Shown here: positions 14,001 through 23,299 of the stretch, piece after piece
Layout of the letters: each line of letters starts with the position of its first letter
Numbering within the stretch: the first letter of the stretch is position 1
The notes under the pieces: generated by a model
Seen by the model: the letters and a program-made list of their open reading frames with translations, nothing else
Told to the model about the DNA's origin: nothing
The model's database searches: none
Position numbers and translations under genes: made by a program
Assembly (NCBI GenBank): GCA_052389535.1
Contig: JBQTHU010000041.1
Coordinates: forward strand, 12,972 to 76,971
Source of the DNA: Betaproteobacteria bacterium
Lineage (GTDB): Bacteria; Pseudomonadota; Gammaproteobacteria; Burkholderiales; SG8-41
Length of the DNA: 64,000 nucleotides
Direction: 5' to 3'

Positions 14001-16201
14001 GTGCCGTCGCAACGCCGCACCTGGCGCTCGCTGCTCGAGTGGGTCCACTGGCCGGAAAGCATCCTGTTGCGATTGGCGAGCACGTCTTCGATGTCGTCGG
14101 AACGATTCACGTCGGAAATCGACATCCCCAGCAGCTGGCCGCGGTTGTACCCGAGCATTTCGCAGTACTTGTCGTTCACCTGCAGGTAGCGCGAATCGAG
14201 CGAGGTCACGAAAATGCCCACCCCCGCCTGGCTGAACGTCGCGGTGAGCAGCTGTTCGCTCGCCCGCAGCGCCTCCTCCGCCTTCTTGCGCTCGGTGATG
14301 TCCTCCACCACGCTGATGACATATTGGGGATTGCCGAGCTCGTCGCAGGCGGTGGACATGGTGCGGCGCGTCCAGATCAGGGAGCCGTCGCGGCGCACGA
14401 AGCGTTTTTCCCCCGATACCGAGCGCATCGTCCCGCCGGTCAGCTGCTCGCGGTAGCGTGCGCCTTTTCCATAGTCATCGGTGTGGGTGATGTCGCTGAT
14501 CGCCCGGCCTATCAGCTCGTCTCGCGCGTAACCCAGGAGGTCGCAGAACTTCTGGTTCGCATCGATCAGCACGCCGTGGAGATCGACCCGTGTGATTCCC
14601 ACCGCCGCCTGGTCGAAGATGTCCCGGAATCGGCGCTCGCTCTCGCGCAGCGCGGATTCGGCCTCCTTGCGCGCTGAAGTCGTCCGCAATCCGACGATGC
14701 CGAATGCGATGTCGTCCGCCAGTTCGCTCAGCAGCCCCAATTCCTCGCTGTCGAAAGCGTCCGGCTCGGTGGCATAGATCGCGAGTGCGCCCAGTATTGC
14801 GCCCTGATGCTTGAGGGGCAGCGCGATCGAGGCCTGAAATCCGTGCTGGACCGCCCGCCGGCGCCGCCGCGCGTGCGCCGGGTCGCTCAGTATGTGGCGC
14901 GCGATGTATGCTTCGCCGCTCGTGATCGCCTCACTCATGAAGCCCTGGTAGCGCCCGTCGGCGCTCCAGCCGACAGGATCGCTCATCGGCGCGTCGCTGC
15001 CGAAACCGGCGTGGGCCGCCGGATAGACCGGACGGTCGGCGTCGCCGGTAACGAGCCCGACCCATGCCATCTTGTAGCCGCCGGACTCCGCCACGATGCG
15101 ACACATGTCCGCGAGCATGCCGCGCTCTTCGGCGCCGTGCACGAGCACGTGGCTGCACTCTGCCGTGACGCGACGCGCGCGCGTGACCCGCGCCAGCCGC
15201 GCCTCTGTCAGCTTGCGCTCGGAGATGTCCTCGATCACCTGGATGAGATAGCGTTCGCCGGTCGATTCGCGGCGGGCCAGCGTGACCGTCCGGTTCACCC
15301 AGATGGTGCTGCCGTCCTTGCGCAGGTAGCGCTTTTCGCTGTTGAAAAAACGCCGCTCGCCGGACAGGAGTGCCACGCGCAGCGCGTCCTGCCGGTCGCG
15401 ATCCTCGGGATGCGTCAGGTCGCGCGTGGAAAACTGCCCCAGCTCCTCGCGGGCGTAGCCGAGTATCTCGCAGAGCTTGTTGTTGATCTCGACGATCTTC
15501 CCGTCTTCCGTGGTATGCGCGATTCCCACTGCCGCCTGGTTGAAGGTGGCTTCGAAGCGGCGCTCCGCCTCCTTGCGCCGCGAAATATCGTCGACTACCG
15601 AAATGAAGTATTCGGGATGCTGCTGTTCTCCCCGCACCAGCTGGACCGCCACGCTGCACCAGCGTACGGTGCCATCCTTGCAGCGGTAGCGCTTTTCCCG
15701 GGTAAACGACCCTATCCTGTCTGCGATCAGGTCCCGCTGCAGCGCCTCGCCTTCCGCCCGGTCCTCGGGCAGCGTGACATCGTGCACGGTGCGAGACAGC
15801 AATTCTCTTCTCGAATAGCCGAGGAGCGCGCACAGCGCGGGGTTGGCGTGAAGATAACGGCCGTCCAGTCCGATGTGCGCGATGCCGACCGGCACGTGCT
15901 CCAGGCCCGTCTCGGCGGCTGTCGAAACGCGCGCCACCTCGCGCACGGCCCGCTTCGCGGTTCGGGTGCCGCCGTTCGAAGGCGGCGCAGGCGCCTTCTT
16001 GATTCTGTGGCGGGCCGGCCGCTTGAGCGCCCGTACGCCCGCCCCCACGGCGCGCCGGGCTTTCGCTTTCCTGTCCATCGGCATTCCCCCCTTTTGCGGC
16101 GCTTCTCCCGCCCCTGCGTCAGAGCCGCTCCCGACGCCTGCCCGCAGCGGGCGGCTCATTATGACACCGCTTGCCACGGCAAGGTGGGGAGCAATGCACA
16201 A
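11003..16201 (-). CDS. Giant cytoplasmic c-di-GMP signalling protein: about 8 PAS domains + 1 GAF + GGDEF + EAL
   Basis: 1732-aa ORF with repeated PAS/PAC units, each ending in an I(T/S)ERK-like motif. A GAF domain follows PAS2. GGDEF motif RLSGDEF; EAL motifs EALLRW and DDFGTGYSSL. The true start may be an internal Met (for example MPMDRK). Confidence 0.9.
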   Translation of the reverse strand: MCIAPHLAVASGVIMSRPLRAGVGSGSDAGAGEAPQKGGMPMDRKAKARRAVGAGVRALKRPARHRIKKAPAPPSNGGTRTAKRAVREVARVSTAAETGLEHVPVGIAHIGLDGRYLHANPALCALLGYSRRELLSRTVHDVTLPEDRAEGEALQRDLIADRIGSFTREKRYRCKDGTVRWCSVAVQLVRGEQQHPEYFISVVDDISRRKEAERRFEATFNQAAVGIAHTTEDGKIVEINNKLCEILGYAREELGQFSTRDLTHPEDRDRQDALRVALLSGERRFFNSEKRYLRKDGSTIWVNRTVTLARRESTGERYLIQVIEDISERKLTEARLARVTRARRVTAECSHVLVHGAEERGMLADMCRIVAESGGYKMAWVGLVTGDADRPVYPAAHAGFGSDAPMSDPVGWSADGRYQGFMSEAITSGEAYIARHILSDPAHARRRRRAVQHGFQASIALPLKHQGAILGALAIYATEPDAFDSEELGLLSELADDIAFGIVGLRTTSARKEAESALRESERRFRDIFDQAAVGITRVDLHGVLIDANQKFCDLLGYARDELIGRAISDITHTDDYGKGARYREQLTGGTMRSVSGEKRFVRRDGSLIWTRRTMSTACDELGNPQYVISVVEDITERKKAEEALRASEQLLTATFSQAGVGIFVTSLDSRYLQVNDKYCEMLGYNRGQLLGMSISDVNRSDDIEDVLANRNRMLSGQWTHSSSERQVRRCDGTLVWVTHSTTLIRDDSGEPRHFITVAEDISDRKRAEERLASERALLRAVVDAMPERIYVKDRAGRFLLQNATNLRIRGITDHDEIVGKTVYDIFPEDLAKKLEAEDRAVMENGMPLLDREGQTFFSRTEDGSREARWHVTSKVPLRDDAGNVFGLVGVNRDITDRKRMEEALRESEDRYRNLFELAPLPLIVIDDSTLQILAVNRPAEEKYGYAREELLSMTILDLQPEADRARVAQELGAEAARSALFQRRHVTSSGQVIHVEVTARPLAFHGRNSRILLINDVSERLRAEEALRESEERFRATFEQASVGMALRGVDPRNPRWLRVNQKLCDILGYTREELLDLTSVDVTPPEDRNAAIDRNEQLLSGEIGSYSREKRYMRKNGEIIWVHISLTAVRGADSRPTHVISIIQDITDRRRAEEALRESEEQFHQLANNIPQIFWICDALQKEMIYVSPAYERITGQSNERLRKDARSWLRFVHEEDRERVKTARISAAGGEYDEVFRVIRNDGTVRWVRDRAFPIHDAQGRVYRIAGIAEDITDIRESEERLLYLAHYDNLTSLPNRVLFYDRLKQALSQARRNEWITAVMFLDLDRFKNVNDTLGHGAGDLLLRQVSERLSACVRSGDTVGRLSGDEFAIVCSNLAGPDDASLVAQKIMGTFHKPFNLYGKEVFVSTSIGITLFPTDSQDQDTLIQNADTAMYRAKELGRDSFRFYTPEMNARALEKLSMESSLRRALEREEFLLHYQPKASLGTGEVVGVEALLRWRHPELGLVSPLEFMPMLEETGLVVAAGEWVIRTACAQIRAWQQAGLPAIPIAVNLSARQFQVKDLGMTISRILEEERIRHDLLELEITEGSLTTDAEEAAGTLAYLNALGVRVAIDDFGTGYSSLSRLKGFPLDALKIDGSFVRDITTDANDAAITRAIITMAHSLELAVVAEGVETEAQLAFLYANDCDQIQGYYFSVPLPADECTAFIASGRQLQRPADAVASAALEMR

Positions 16202-16209
16202 TTCCGCGA

Positions 16210-16733
16210 CTAGAGATCGCTCAGCACCTTGATGTGGTGCATGACGCTGCGGCCCAGCGCGTGCAGTTCATATCCGCCCTCGAGCATGGACACGATCCTG
16301 CCTCGCGCATGGCGTTCGGCAACCTCCTTGACGAGCCCGGTCACCCATGCGTAATCCGCCTCGACGAGCTGCAGCATGGCCATGTCGTCGTCGCGGTGCG
16401 CGTCGAACCCGGCCGAGACAAAGATCATCTCGGGGCGAAACGCCTCCAGCGCCGGCAGCCAGTGCTGCTCGACCGCGTGCCGGAACGTAATCGAGATGCA
16501 CCCGTCCCGCGGACGGCGCCGCTTGTTCCATGGCATCGACATGATGCCGGGTATGCACGCGCTCCCGCTCGGGGCGCCGCACGAGCGGCGCTTCGAGGTG
16601 CGCAAGGGTGATCCATCAGCCCGGAAGCGATGAGCTGGTCCTCCACTGCTTGCAGCCGCGCCGGCTGTTCGGGATGCCCGGGCCCCATCTCGTGCAACAG
16701 GCAGTCCGGGTGGCTCACGAACGCTGTAGTCAC
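16210..16733 (-). pseudogene. Decayed histone deacetylase / acetoin-utilization family gene (frameshift plus large internal deletion)
   Basis: Three frames carry consecutive pieces of the protein. Frame a: MTTAFVSHPDCLLHEMGPGHPEQPARLQAVEDQLIASGL. Frame b: ITLAHLEAPLVRRPERERVHTRHHVDAMEQAAPSAGRVHLD. Frame c: FRHAVEQHWLPALEAFRPEMIFVSAGFDAHRDDDMA...SMLEGGY. About 130-140 aa of the catalytic middle are missing, with the junction near 16485-16500. Confidence 0.75.
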
Positions 16734-16772
16734 GTCTTCCGACTCCTCGCGTCACGTCTTCCGACTCCTCGC
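16729..16772. repeat. Perfect 22-bp tandem duplication (GTCACGTCTTCCGACTCCTCGC x2)
   Basis: Read directly: copy 1 at 16729-16750, copy 2 at 16751-16772. It covers the GTG start and the GGAG ribosome-binding site of the HDAC pseudogene. Confidence 0.95.
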
Positions 16773-16962
16773 AACGCCAGCATCTTATAATGCAGCCAGC
16801 GAACACACCAACATTGCGCGCGCGACGATCCGACAGCATGCGGCGCTGTCCCGCTGCGCGAACTATCGCCGCAGATGCTGTCTCACTTCACGCAGGTGGA
16901 TTATGACCCTCACATGGCGCTGGTCGCGGCCCGTGGAGCGCGACTTGTAGAAGGATAATGCC

Positions 16963-17937
16963 GTGCCCGATACCGGACGAAATGTGGCAAACTCGCCGCC
17001 GGAGCGCAATGCCGTTTCGATGACGCCTCTGATCGATCAGGTGGTGGCGCAGGTGAGCCGCATCGTCCTGGGCAAGGAACACCAGGTGCGGCTCGCTCTG
17101 GCATGCCTGGTCGCGCGCGGGCATCTGCTGATCGAAGACATCCCCGGCGTGGGCAAGACCATGCTCGCGCATGCGCTCGCATCATCGCTGGGGCTGGGTT
17201 TTCAGCGCATCCAGTTCACGAGCGACCTGCTGCCGGCGGACGTACTCGGCGTATCCATCTACAACCGCGACGCACAGGGCTTCCAGTTCCATCCCGGGCC
17301 CATATTCACGCAGGTGGTGCTCGCGGACGAGGTCAATCGGGCCACGCCCAAGGCGCAGAGCGCGCTGCTCGAGGCGATGGAGGAGCATCAAGTCACCACC
17401 GAAGGCGAAACGCGCCGCCTGCCGCAGCCATTCTTCGTGATCGCAACGCAGAACCCGTCGAACCAGGTCGGCACGTTTCCCCTGCCCGAATCGCAGCTCG
17501 ACCGCTTTCTCATGCGCATCGAGCTGGGCTATCCGGATGCCGAAGCCGAACGCGCGCTGCTCATGGGGGAGGACCGCCGCGATCTGCTGGCGACGCTCAC
17601 GCCCTGCATGACCCCGAAGGCGCTCATGGAAGCCCAGGCGCATGCACGCCGCATCCATACGTCCGGAGCGCTGCTCGATTACGTGCAGGCGATCGTGCAG
17701 TACACGCGGCGGTCCGCGCAGTACGCGGGCGGCCTGTCTCCCAGGGCGGCGCTTGCGCTGCTGCACGCGGCGCGCGCATGGTCCTTCATGCATGGGCGCG
17801 AGCATGTGCTCCCTGAGGACGTGCAGGCGGTGATGCCCGGCGTGGTCGGCCACCGGCTTACTCTCGCCGGACAGGTAACGCGCGTCGACGGCGTACACGT
17901 CGCCCAGCATCTGCTCGATCACGTTCCCATCCCTTGA
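16963..17937 (+). CDS. MoxR-family AAA+ ATPase
   Basis: 324 aa. Walker A GVGKT, Walker B LADEVNR, and the typical MoxR C-terminal lid. The start may be the Met at 17020. Confidence 0.92.
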   Translation: MPDTGRNVANSPPERNAVSMTPLIDQVVAQVSRIVLGKEHQVRLALACLVARGHLLIEDIPGVGKTMLAHALASSLGLGFQRIQFTSDLLPADVLGVSIYNRDAQGFQFHPGPIFTQVVLADEVNRATPKAQSALLEAMEEHQVTTEGETRRLPQPFFVIATQNPSNQVGTFPLPESQLDRFLMRIELGYPDAEAERALLMGEDRRDLLATLTPCMTPKALMEAQAHARRIHTSGALLDYVQAIVQYTRRSAQYAGGLSPRAALALLHAARAWSFMHGREHVLPEDVQAVMPGVVGHRLTLAGQVTRVDGVHVAQHLLDHVPIP

Positions 17938-17970
17938 CAGCACGCCACGACGGCAGCGGTTGATCCTCTC

Positions 17971-18954
17971 ATGTACGCGGCGCTCCGCAACCATCTCTAC
18001 AACTGGCTGTTCCAGATCCGCGGCCCGCACACCGGGCCGATAGTGCTGGTACAGCGGCGCGTATTCATACTGCCCACGCGCCAGGGGCTGCTTTTCGCAG
18101 CCGTGCTCGTGCTCATGCTGGTGGGTTCCATCAACTATGCGTTGAGTCTCGGGTTCGTCCTGACGTTTCTGCTGGTCGGGCTCGGCCTGAACGCCATGGT
18201 TTACACCTTTCGCAACCTGGCGCGTCTGAGCCTGTCGGGCGGCCGGGTACAGCCCGTGTTCGCCGGCGAAACGGCCTGGTTTCCGGTGCATCTCGAGAAC
18301 CCGGGACAGACCGACCGCCATGCCGTCGGCTTGACTGCAGACAAGCAGACCGCCGTTTACGTTGACGTGCCCGCCCGCCAATCCGCAGTCGCGCCGATCG
18401 GCATACCCGCGCGCCGCCGTGGGCGGCTGCGCCCGGGCCGGCTCACCATCTTCACGCGTTACCCCTTGGGTCTTTACCACGCATGGTCCTACCTCGATTT
18501 CGGCGCGCACTGCCTGGTTTACCCGCGGCCGGCGCCCGCCGGGCTGCCTTTGCCGGCAGCCGGGGCCGGCGCCGGGACCGGCACGCTGCTGGGACAAGGC
18601 CGTGAGGACTTCTCCGGACTGCGCCAGTACTTTCCTGGCGACTCGCCACGCCACATCGCGTGGAAAGCCGTCGCGCGCGGCGAGGAGCTGCTCACCAAGC
18701 AATTCAGCGGACGCGCCGATACCGAGTTATGGCTCGAATGGCGCCGTTTACCCGCTGGTCTGGATACGGAGCAGAAACTCTCCCGCCTCGCGCGCTGGGT
18801 ACTCGATGCCCATGCCGCCGGCTTGAACTACGGTGTGCGCATCCCGGGCCGGACGGTGGATCCGGGACAGGGCGAGGCGCACCGCGAGCGCTGCCTGGAA
18901 GCGCTGGCCCTTTTCGGCATCGACGATGACGGCGTTGACGGCGCCGCGGATTGA
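17971..18954 (+). CDS. DUF58 domain protein (vWA-like partner of MoxR)
   Basis: 327 aa with two N-terminal TM helices and a DUF58-type core (FSGLRQYFPGDSPRHIAWKA). Sits in the canonical position after MoxR. Confidence 0.85.
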   Translation: MYAALRNHLYNWLFQIRGPHTGPIVLVQRRVFILPTRQGLLFAAVLVLMLVGSINYALSLGFVLTFLLVGLGLNAMVYTFRNLARLSLSGGRVQPVFAGETAWFPVHLENPGQTDRHAVGLTADKQTAVYVDVPARQSAVAPIGIPARRRGRLRPGRLTIFTRYPLGLYHAWSYLDFGAHCLVYPRPAPAGLPLPAAGAGAGTGTLLGQGREDFSGLRQYFPGDSPRHIAWKAVARGEELLTKQFSGRADTELWLEWRRLPAGLDTEQKLSRLARWVLDAHAAGLNYGVRIPGRTVDPGQGEAHRERCLEALALFGIDDDGVDGAAD

Positions 18955-20887
18955 TTTCCGCAACATCGCGTGGCTGACGGCCGGGCTGGCCCTGGTCGCG
19001 GCCCCGCACGTACAGCGGCTGCCGGCGTGGGTCATGCTGCTCGCTGCGATGCTGGTGTTATGGCGTCTTTACATCGGCAGCAGGCGCCTGGCCCTGCCGC
19101 GCAAGGCGCTCATCATCGGCGTGGTCGCCGTCGCCGCGCTCGGAGTGTTCCTGAACTATCGCACCCTGTTCGGACGTGACGCCGGCGTGGCGCTGCTGAT
19201 CGTCATGCTCGCGCTCAAGCTGCTCGAAGCCGAATCGCGGCGCGACGCGCTCCTGCTCATCTTCATGAGCTACTTTCTGATCGTCACCAACTTTCTCTAC
19301 TCGCAGACGCTCACCACCGCGCTCTACATGCTGGTCTGTCTGTGGATCATCACCGCCGCGATGATCGCCTGCAACCAAACTTCGTCCCAGCCGGATTCCC
19401 GCCATCAGCTGCGCGCCGCGGGCCTGATGCTCGCCCAGTCCGCTCCCGTGATGCTGGTGCTGTTCCTGCTCTTCCCGCGAACCGCCGGACCGTTGTGGCG
19501 GCTGCCGCAGGATGCCCACGCCGGAGTGAGCGGACTGTCCGACTCGATGTCGCCCGGCAGTGTCTCGCAGTTGAGCCTTTCGGACGCCGTCGCTTTCCGC
19601 GTCGAGTTCAAGTCTGCAACGCCGCTCGCGCGCAACATGTACTGGCGCGGCCCGGTGCTGTGGGACTTCGACGGCCGCACCTGGACGGTGCCGAACGCTT
19701 TTCTGCGCGGGAAGCCCGTGCTCGAGGCCCTGTCTCCCGCCGTCGAGTACGCGGTGACGGTGGAACCGCACAACCAGCGTTGGCTGTTTGCGCTGGATCT
19801 CCCGGATGCGGCGCCATCGCGTGCAGTAACGACCAGCGACTTTCAGTTGCGCTCCCCGACGCCTTTGACTCACAGGCTGCGCTACGAAGCGCGCTCGTAT
19901 CTCGAATACCGCACCGGAACGGACGAGCGCCGGGAAGTGCTGCAGCGGGCGCTCCGGCTGCCGGAGAATTCCAATCCGAGAACCGTCCAGTTTGCCCGCG
20001 ATCTGCGGCGCAGGCATGCCAGCGACACCGCGCTGATCCAGGAAGTGTTGCTGATGCTGCGCAACGAGAAGTTCTATTACACCCTCGATCCGCCGTTGCT
20101 GGGACTCCATGCGGTGGACGAATTCCTGTTCGACACGCGCAACGGATTCTGCGAGCACTATGCCTCGGCTTTTGCCGTGCTCATGCGCGCAGCGGGCATA
20201 CCCGCGCGGATCGTGACCGGCTACCAGGGCGGGCAACGCAATCCTTTCGGCAACTATTACATCGTGTACCAGGCGGATGCCCATGCATGGACCGAAGTCT
20301 GGCTCCCCAATGAGGGATGGGTGCGGGTGGATCCCACCGCGGCGGTATCTCCCCTGCGGATCCAGTCCGGGATCGCCGCAGCCGTATCGCGCAACGAACC
20401 GCTGCCCTTGCTGGTGCGCGGAGATAATCCATGGCTGCGCCAGCTGCAATTCAGCTGGGATTCACTCGCCAACCAGTGGAACCAGTGGGTGCTCGGCTAC
20501 AACCCCGAACGCCAGCGCTGGGTGCTCTCGCGCGTCGGCATCGACGAGGCCACGTGGAGAACGCTCGGCATCTCCCTGGTGATCGCGACCGCGCTGATCA
20601 TGCTCCTGCTCGTGCCTTTGATGCTGCGCACCCTGCGAGCCCAGACCGTCGATCCGGCGCACCGCGCCTATTCGAGGTTCTGCGCGAAGCTCTCGCGCAA
20701 GGGCATGGAACGCCGTCCAGCGGAAGGCCCGCTGCACTACGCCGCGCGCCTGTCGCGGCTGAGGCCCGACCTCGCCGCGCAGGTGGCAAACATCACCGGT
20801 CTGTATGTCACGCTGCGCTACGGCGTCGATCCCGGCACCGCCTCGCTGCGCGAGCTGGAGCAGCAGGTCCGGCAGTTCAGCGCCTGA
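18926..20887 (+). CDS. tgpA: Transglutaminase TgpA-type membrane protein (DUF3488 - transglutaminase core - DUF4129)
   Basis: Multi-TM N-terminus. Cys-His-Asp core (NGFCEHYASAF, DAHAWTEVW, VRVDPT). C-terminal TM plus tail. The Met at 18926 overlaps the DUF58 stop; the ORF opens at 18833. Confidence 0.85.
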   Translation: MTALTAPRIDFRNIAWLTAGLALVAAPHVQRLPAWVMLLAAMLVLWRLYIGSRRLALPRKALIIGVVAVAALGVFLNYRTLFGRDAGVALLIVMLALKLLEAESRRDALLLIFMSYFLIVTNFLYSQTLTTALYMLVCLWIITAAMIACNQTSSQPDSRHQLRAAGLMLAQSAPVMLVLFLLFPRTAGPLWRLPQDAHAGVSGLSDSMSPGSVSQLSLSDAVAFRVEFKSATPLARNMYWRGPVLWDFDGRTWTVPNAFLRGKPVLEALSPAVEYAVTVEPHNQRWLFALDLPDAAPSRAVTTSDFQLRSPTPLTHRLRYEARSYLEYRTGTDERREVLQRALRLPENSNPRTVQFARDLRRRHASDTALIQEVLLMLRNEKFYYTLDPPLLGLHAVDEFLFDTRNGFCEHYASAFAVLMRAAGIPARIVTGYQGGQRNPFGNYYIVYQADAHAWTEVWLPNEGWVRVDPTAAVSPLRIQSGIAAAVSRNEPLPLLVRGDNPWLRQLQFSWDSLANQWNQWVLGYNPERQRWVLSRVGIDEATWRTLGISLVIATALIMLLLVPLMLRTLRAQTVDPAHRAYSRFCAKLSRKGMERRPAEGPLHYAARLSRLRPDLAAQVANITGLYVTLRYGVDPGTASLRELEQQVRQFSA

Positions 20888-20889
20888 GC

Positions 20890-20943
20890 AGAACCTATCT
20901 CAATAATGGACGCGCGCACGTGCCCATTATTGAGATAGGTTCT
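20890..20943. terminator. Perfect 20-bp AT-rich inverted repeat with 14-nt GC-rich loop between convergent tgpA and nlpD; probable bidirectional terminator
   Basis: AGAACCTATCTCAATAATGG (20890-20909) / CCATTATTGAGATAGGTTCT (20924-20943). It starts 3 nt after the tgpA stop and ends 8 nt before the nlpD stop. Confidence 0.55.
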
Positions 20944-20950
20944 ACGTGCA

Positions 20951-21892
20951 TCACGCGGGGCGGTCCGGCAGCAGCTTGACCGGATCCACCGGCTTGCCGA
21001 AGCGCCTGATTTCGAAGTGGAGCTTCACCTGCTCGGCGTCGCTGTTCCCCATCTCGGCGATCTTCTGGCCGCGGCTGACGGTGTCGCCCTCCTTGACCAG
21101 CAACAGGTTGTTGTGCGCGTAGACGGACAGAAAGGCGTCGTTGTGCTTGATGACGATGAAGCGCCCGAGTCCCCTGATGCCGGTGCCGCTGTGTATCACT
21201 TTGCCCGAGGCGCTCGCGAGCACCGGCTGTCCGAGCTTGCCCGCGATCGCGATCCCCTTCGCGGTGCTGCCGTTGAACGTCCCGACGAGCTTTCCGGTTG
21301 CCGGCCAGACCCAGGTGAGCGCCGCGCCCTCCGTCACGCCTTCCGGTTTGGGCCGGACGTCGACCGGCTTCGGAGGCGCGGTCGCCTCCGGCTTTATCTG
21401 CGCAAGCTGGGCATAGTTTTGATCCGAGTACGGCAGGCGCACACCCTTCGGCTCGGTCTTGACTGCCGCTGCACCCGGAACCGGCGCAGCCGTCGTTCCA
21501 GGAGGTGCGCCGAGAGGCCGGGCCTCGATCGAGGGCGGCGCGGACTTGAGCGGCGCGGCGCTTACGGTCGTGTCCGGCGGCGTGAGACGCAGCTGCTGTC
21601 CCGTCTGCAATCTGACCGGATCGATGCCGTTCCACTCGGCAAGCTCCCGGTAGTCGAGCCCGTACTCCAGGGCAATGCTGTACAGGGTCTCGCCTTTTCT
21701 TACGGTATGGAAAGGCGGGCGCGATTCGACGGGCACAGGCGCCTTCACGGTGGGCGCCGGTTTTACCGGTGCGGCGGGCTTGGCCTGCGGGGCTCTCTCG
21801 ATCACCGGTGCGGGGCGCGGCGAAGTGCAGCCCGCGCTCAACAGCACAGCCGCCATCGAGACGACGCCTAAACTGATCCAGTGCCCCGCCAC
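20951..21892 (-). CDS. nlpD: LysM-M23 murein hydrolase activator lipoprotein NlpD
   Basis: Lipobox (LLSAGC), LysM domain (HTVRKGETLYSIALEYGLDYRELAEWN), Pro/Ala-rich linker and a C-terminal M23 peptidase domain. Confidence 0.9.
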   Translation of the reverse strand: MAGHWISLGVVSMAAVLLSAGCTSPRPAPVIERAPQAKPAAPVKPAPTVKAPVPVESRPPFHTVRKGETLYSIALEYGLDYRELAEWNGIDPVRLQTGQQLRLTPPDTTVSAAPLKSAPPSIEARPLGAPPGTTAAPVPGAAAVKTEPKGVRLPYSDQNYAQLAQIKPEATAPPKPVDVRPKPEGVTEGAALTWVWPATGKLVGTFNGSTAKGIAIAGKLGQPVLASASGKVIHSGTGIRGLGRFIVIKHNDAFLSVYAHNNLLLVKEGDTVSRGQKIAEMGNSDAEQVKLHFEIRRFGKPVDPVKLLPDRPA

Positions 21893-21899
21893 GCTAACG

Positions 21900-22571
21900 T
21901 CACCCTACTCCGGGCAGCAGCGGAACGAACTTGACATCGTCCATCTTCTTCTCGCTGTAACCCTGCATCGTACGCTCTATGACACAGAGCCGCTGCTTGC
22001 GGTTGCTCACCATGGGCAAAATCATTCTACCACCTGGAACGAGCTGCCCGAGCAGCGCTTCCGGCACGTGTGTCGCCGCCGCCGCCATGACGATCGCCTC
22101 GAAAGGCGCAACCTCCGGCATGCCGTGCAAGCCGTCACCGTGCCTGAGTCGCACGTTGGTCACGCGCACCTCCCGCAGATGCCGGCGCGCCTTCGCAAGC
22201 AGCGGCGCCAGCCTCTCGATCGAATAGACCTCTTTCGCCAGCCGGGCGAGTATGGCCGTCTGGTAACCGCAGCCCGTTCCGATCTCGAGAACCTTGCTGA
22301 TGGGCGCGCCGTTGCGCGCCAGCTCGCTCATCCGCGCGACGATGTAAGGACTGGAAATCGTCTGGCCGAAGCCGAGCGGGAGCGCAAAATCGTCGTAGGC
22401 CCGGCTCGCCAGCGCCTCATCCACAAAGATGTGACGCGGCACCTCGCCCATCGCCGCGAGCACGACTTCGTCCCTGATCCCCTGGCCGCGCAGTCGCTCC
22501 ACCATGCGCAAACGCGTGCGCTGCGAGGTCATCCCTATGCCCCCGTGGCGGGAGCCGCTCATAGCAGCCAA
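21900..22571 (-). CDS. pcm: Protein-L-isoaspartate O-methyltransferase
   Basis: 223 aa. SAM motif [13 protein letters not shown]. Canonical surE-pcm-nlpD order. Confidence 0.93.
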   Translation of the reverse strand: MAAMSGSRHGGIGMTSQRTRLRMVERLRGQGIRDEVVLAAMGEVPRHIFVDEALASRAYDDFALPLGFGQTISSPYIVARMSELARNGAPISKVLEIGTGCGYQTAILARLAKEVYSIERLAPLLAKARRHLREVRVTNVRLRHGDGLHGMPEVAPFEAIVMAAAATHVPEALLGQLVPGGRMILPMVSNRKQRLCVIERTMQGYSEKKMDDVKFVPLLPGVG

Positions 22572-23299
22572 TTGCGCACGACCTCCAGCTGCGAGTAGCG
22601 CGTAAGGTCCATCTGCAGCGGAGTGATCGAAACGGCGTGCCGGGCGACGGCGTGGAAGTCCGTGCCTTCTCCTGCGTCCTGAGCACCGCCCGCTGCGCCG
22701 ATCCAGTACACCACGTCGCCACGCGGGGTACTGGACTTCACCACGGGCTCGGCCTTGTGCCGCTTGCCCAGCCGGGTCACTTCCATGTCGGCCAGGCTTT
22801 CGTAGGGCACGTCGGGAACGTTGACGTTCAGCAGGACCGGTTGCCCGATTGGATTGGACGTGAAGCGGCGCACGATGTCGACCGCGACGCGACCTGCAGT
22901 CTCGTAGTGATCGGCGCCTTCGGCGACGAGCGATATCGCGATGGAGGGAATGCCCAGCAGAAACCCTTCCGTCGCGGCTGCAACCGTCCCGGAATAGATA
23001 GTGTCGTCGCCCATGTTGGCGCCGTGATTGATGCCCGAGATCACGACATCCGGGAGCGCTTCCAGCAAGCCTGTCACCGCAAGATGCACGCAGTCGGTGG
23101 GCGTGCCGTTGACGTAGTAGAAGCCGTTCTGCGAGCGCCGCACCGTGAGCGGCCGGTCGAGCGTGAGCGAATTGCTCGCTCCGCTGCGGTCGCGCTCCGG
23201 AGCGACAACCGTGACTTCGGCGAGCGACGCGAGTGCGCCATGCAGCAGCGCGATACCGGGTGAGAAGTAACCGTCGTCATTGCTGATCAGGATGCGCAT
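22559..23299 (-). CDS. surE: 5'/3'-nucleotidase SurE
   Basis: 246 aa. Hallmark N-terminus [10 protein letters not shown] and the GINHGAN motif. Confidence 0.95.
   Translation of the reverse strand: MRILISNDDGYFSPGIALLHGALASLAEVTVVAPERDRSGASNSLTLDRPLTVRRSQNGFYYVNGTPTDCVHLAVTGLLEALPDVVISGINHGANMGDDTIYSGTVAAATEGFLLGIPSIAISLVAEGADHYETAGRVAVDIVRRFTSNPIGQPVLLNVNVPDVPYESLADMEVTRLGKRHKAEPVVKSSTPRGDVVYWIGAAGGAQDAGEGTDFHAVARHAVSITPLQMDLTRYSQLEVVRNWLL

Noticed and set aside
16425-16839. Two separate small genes (102 aa and 209 aa) on the minus strand
   Set aside because: They are overlapping frame fragments of one disrupted HDAC-family gene, not independent genes.
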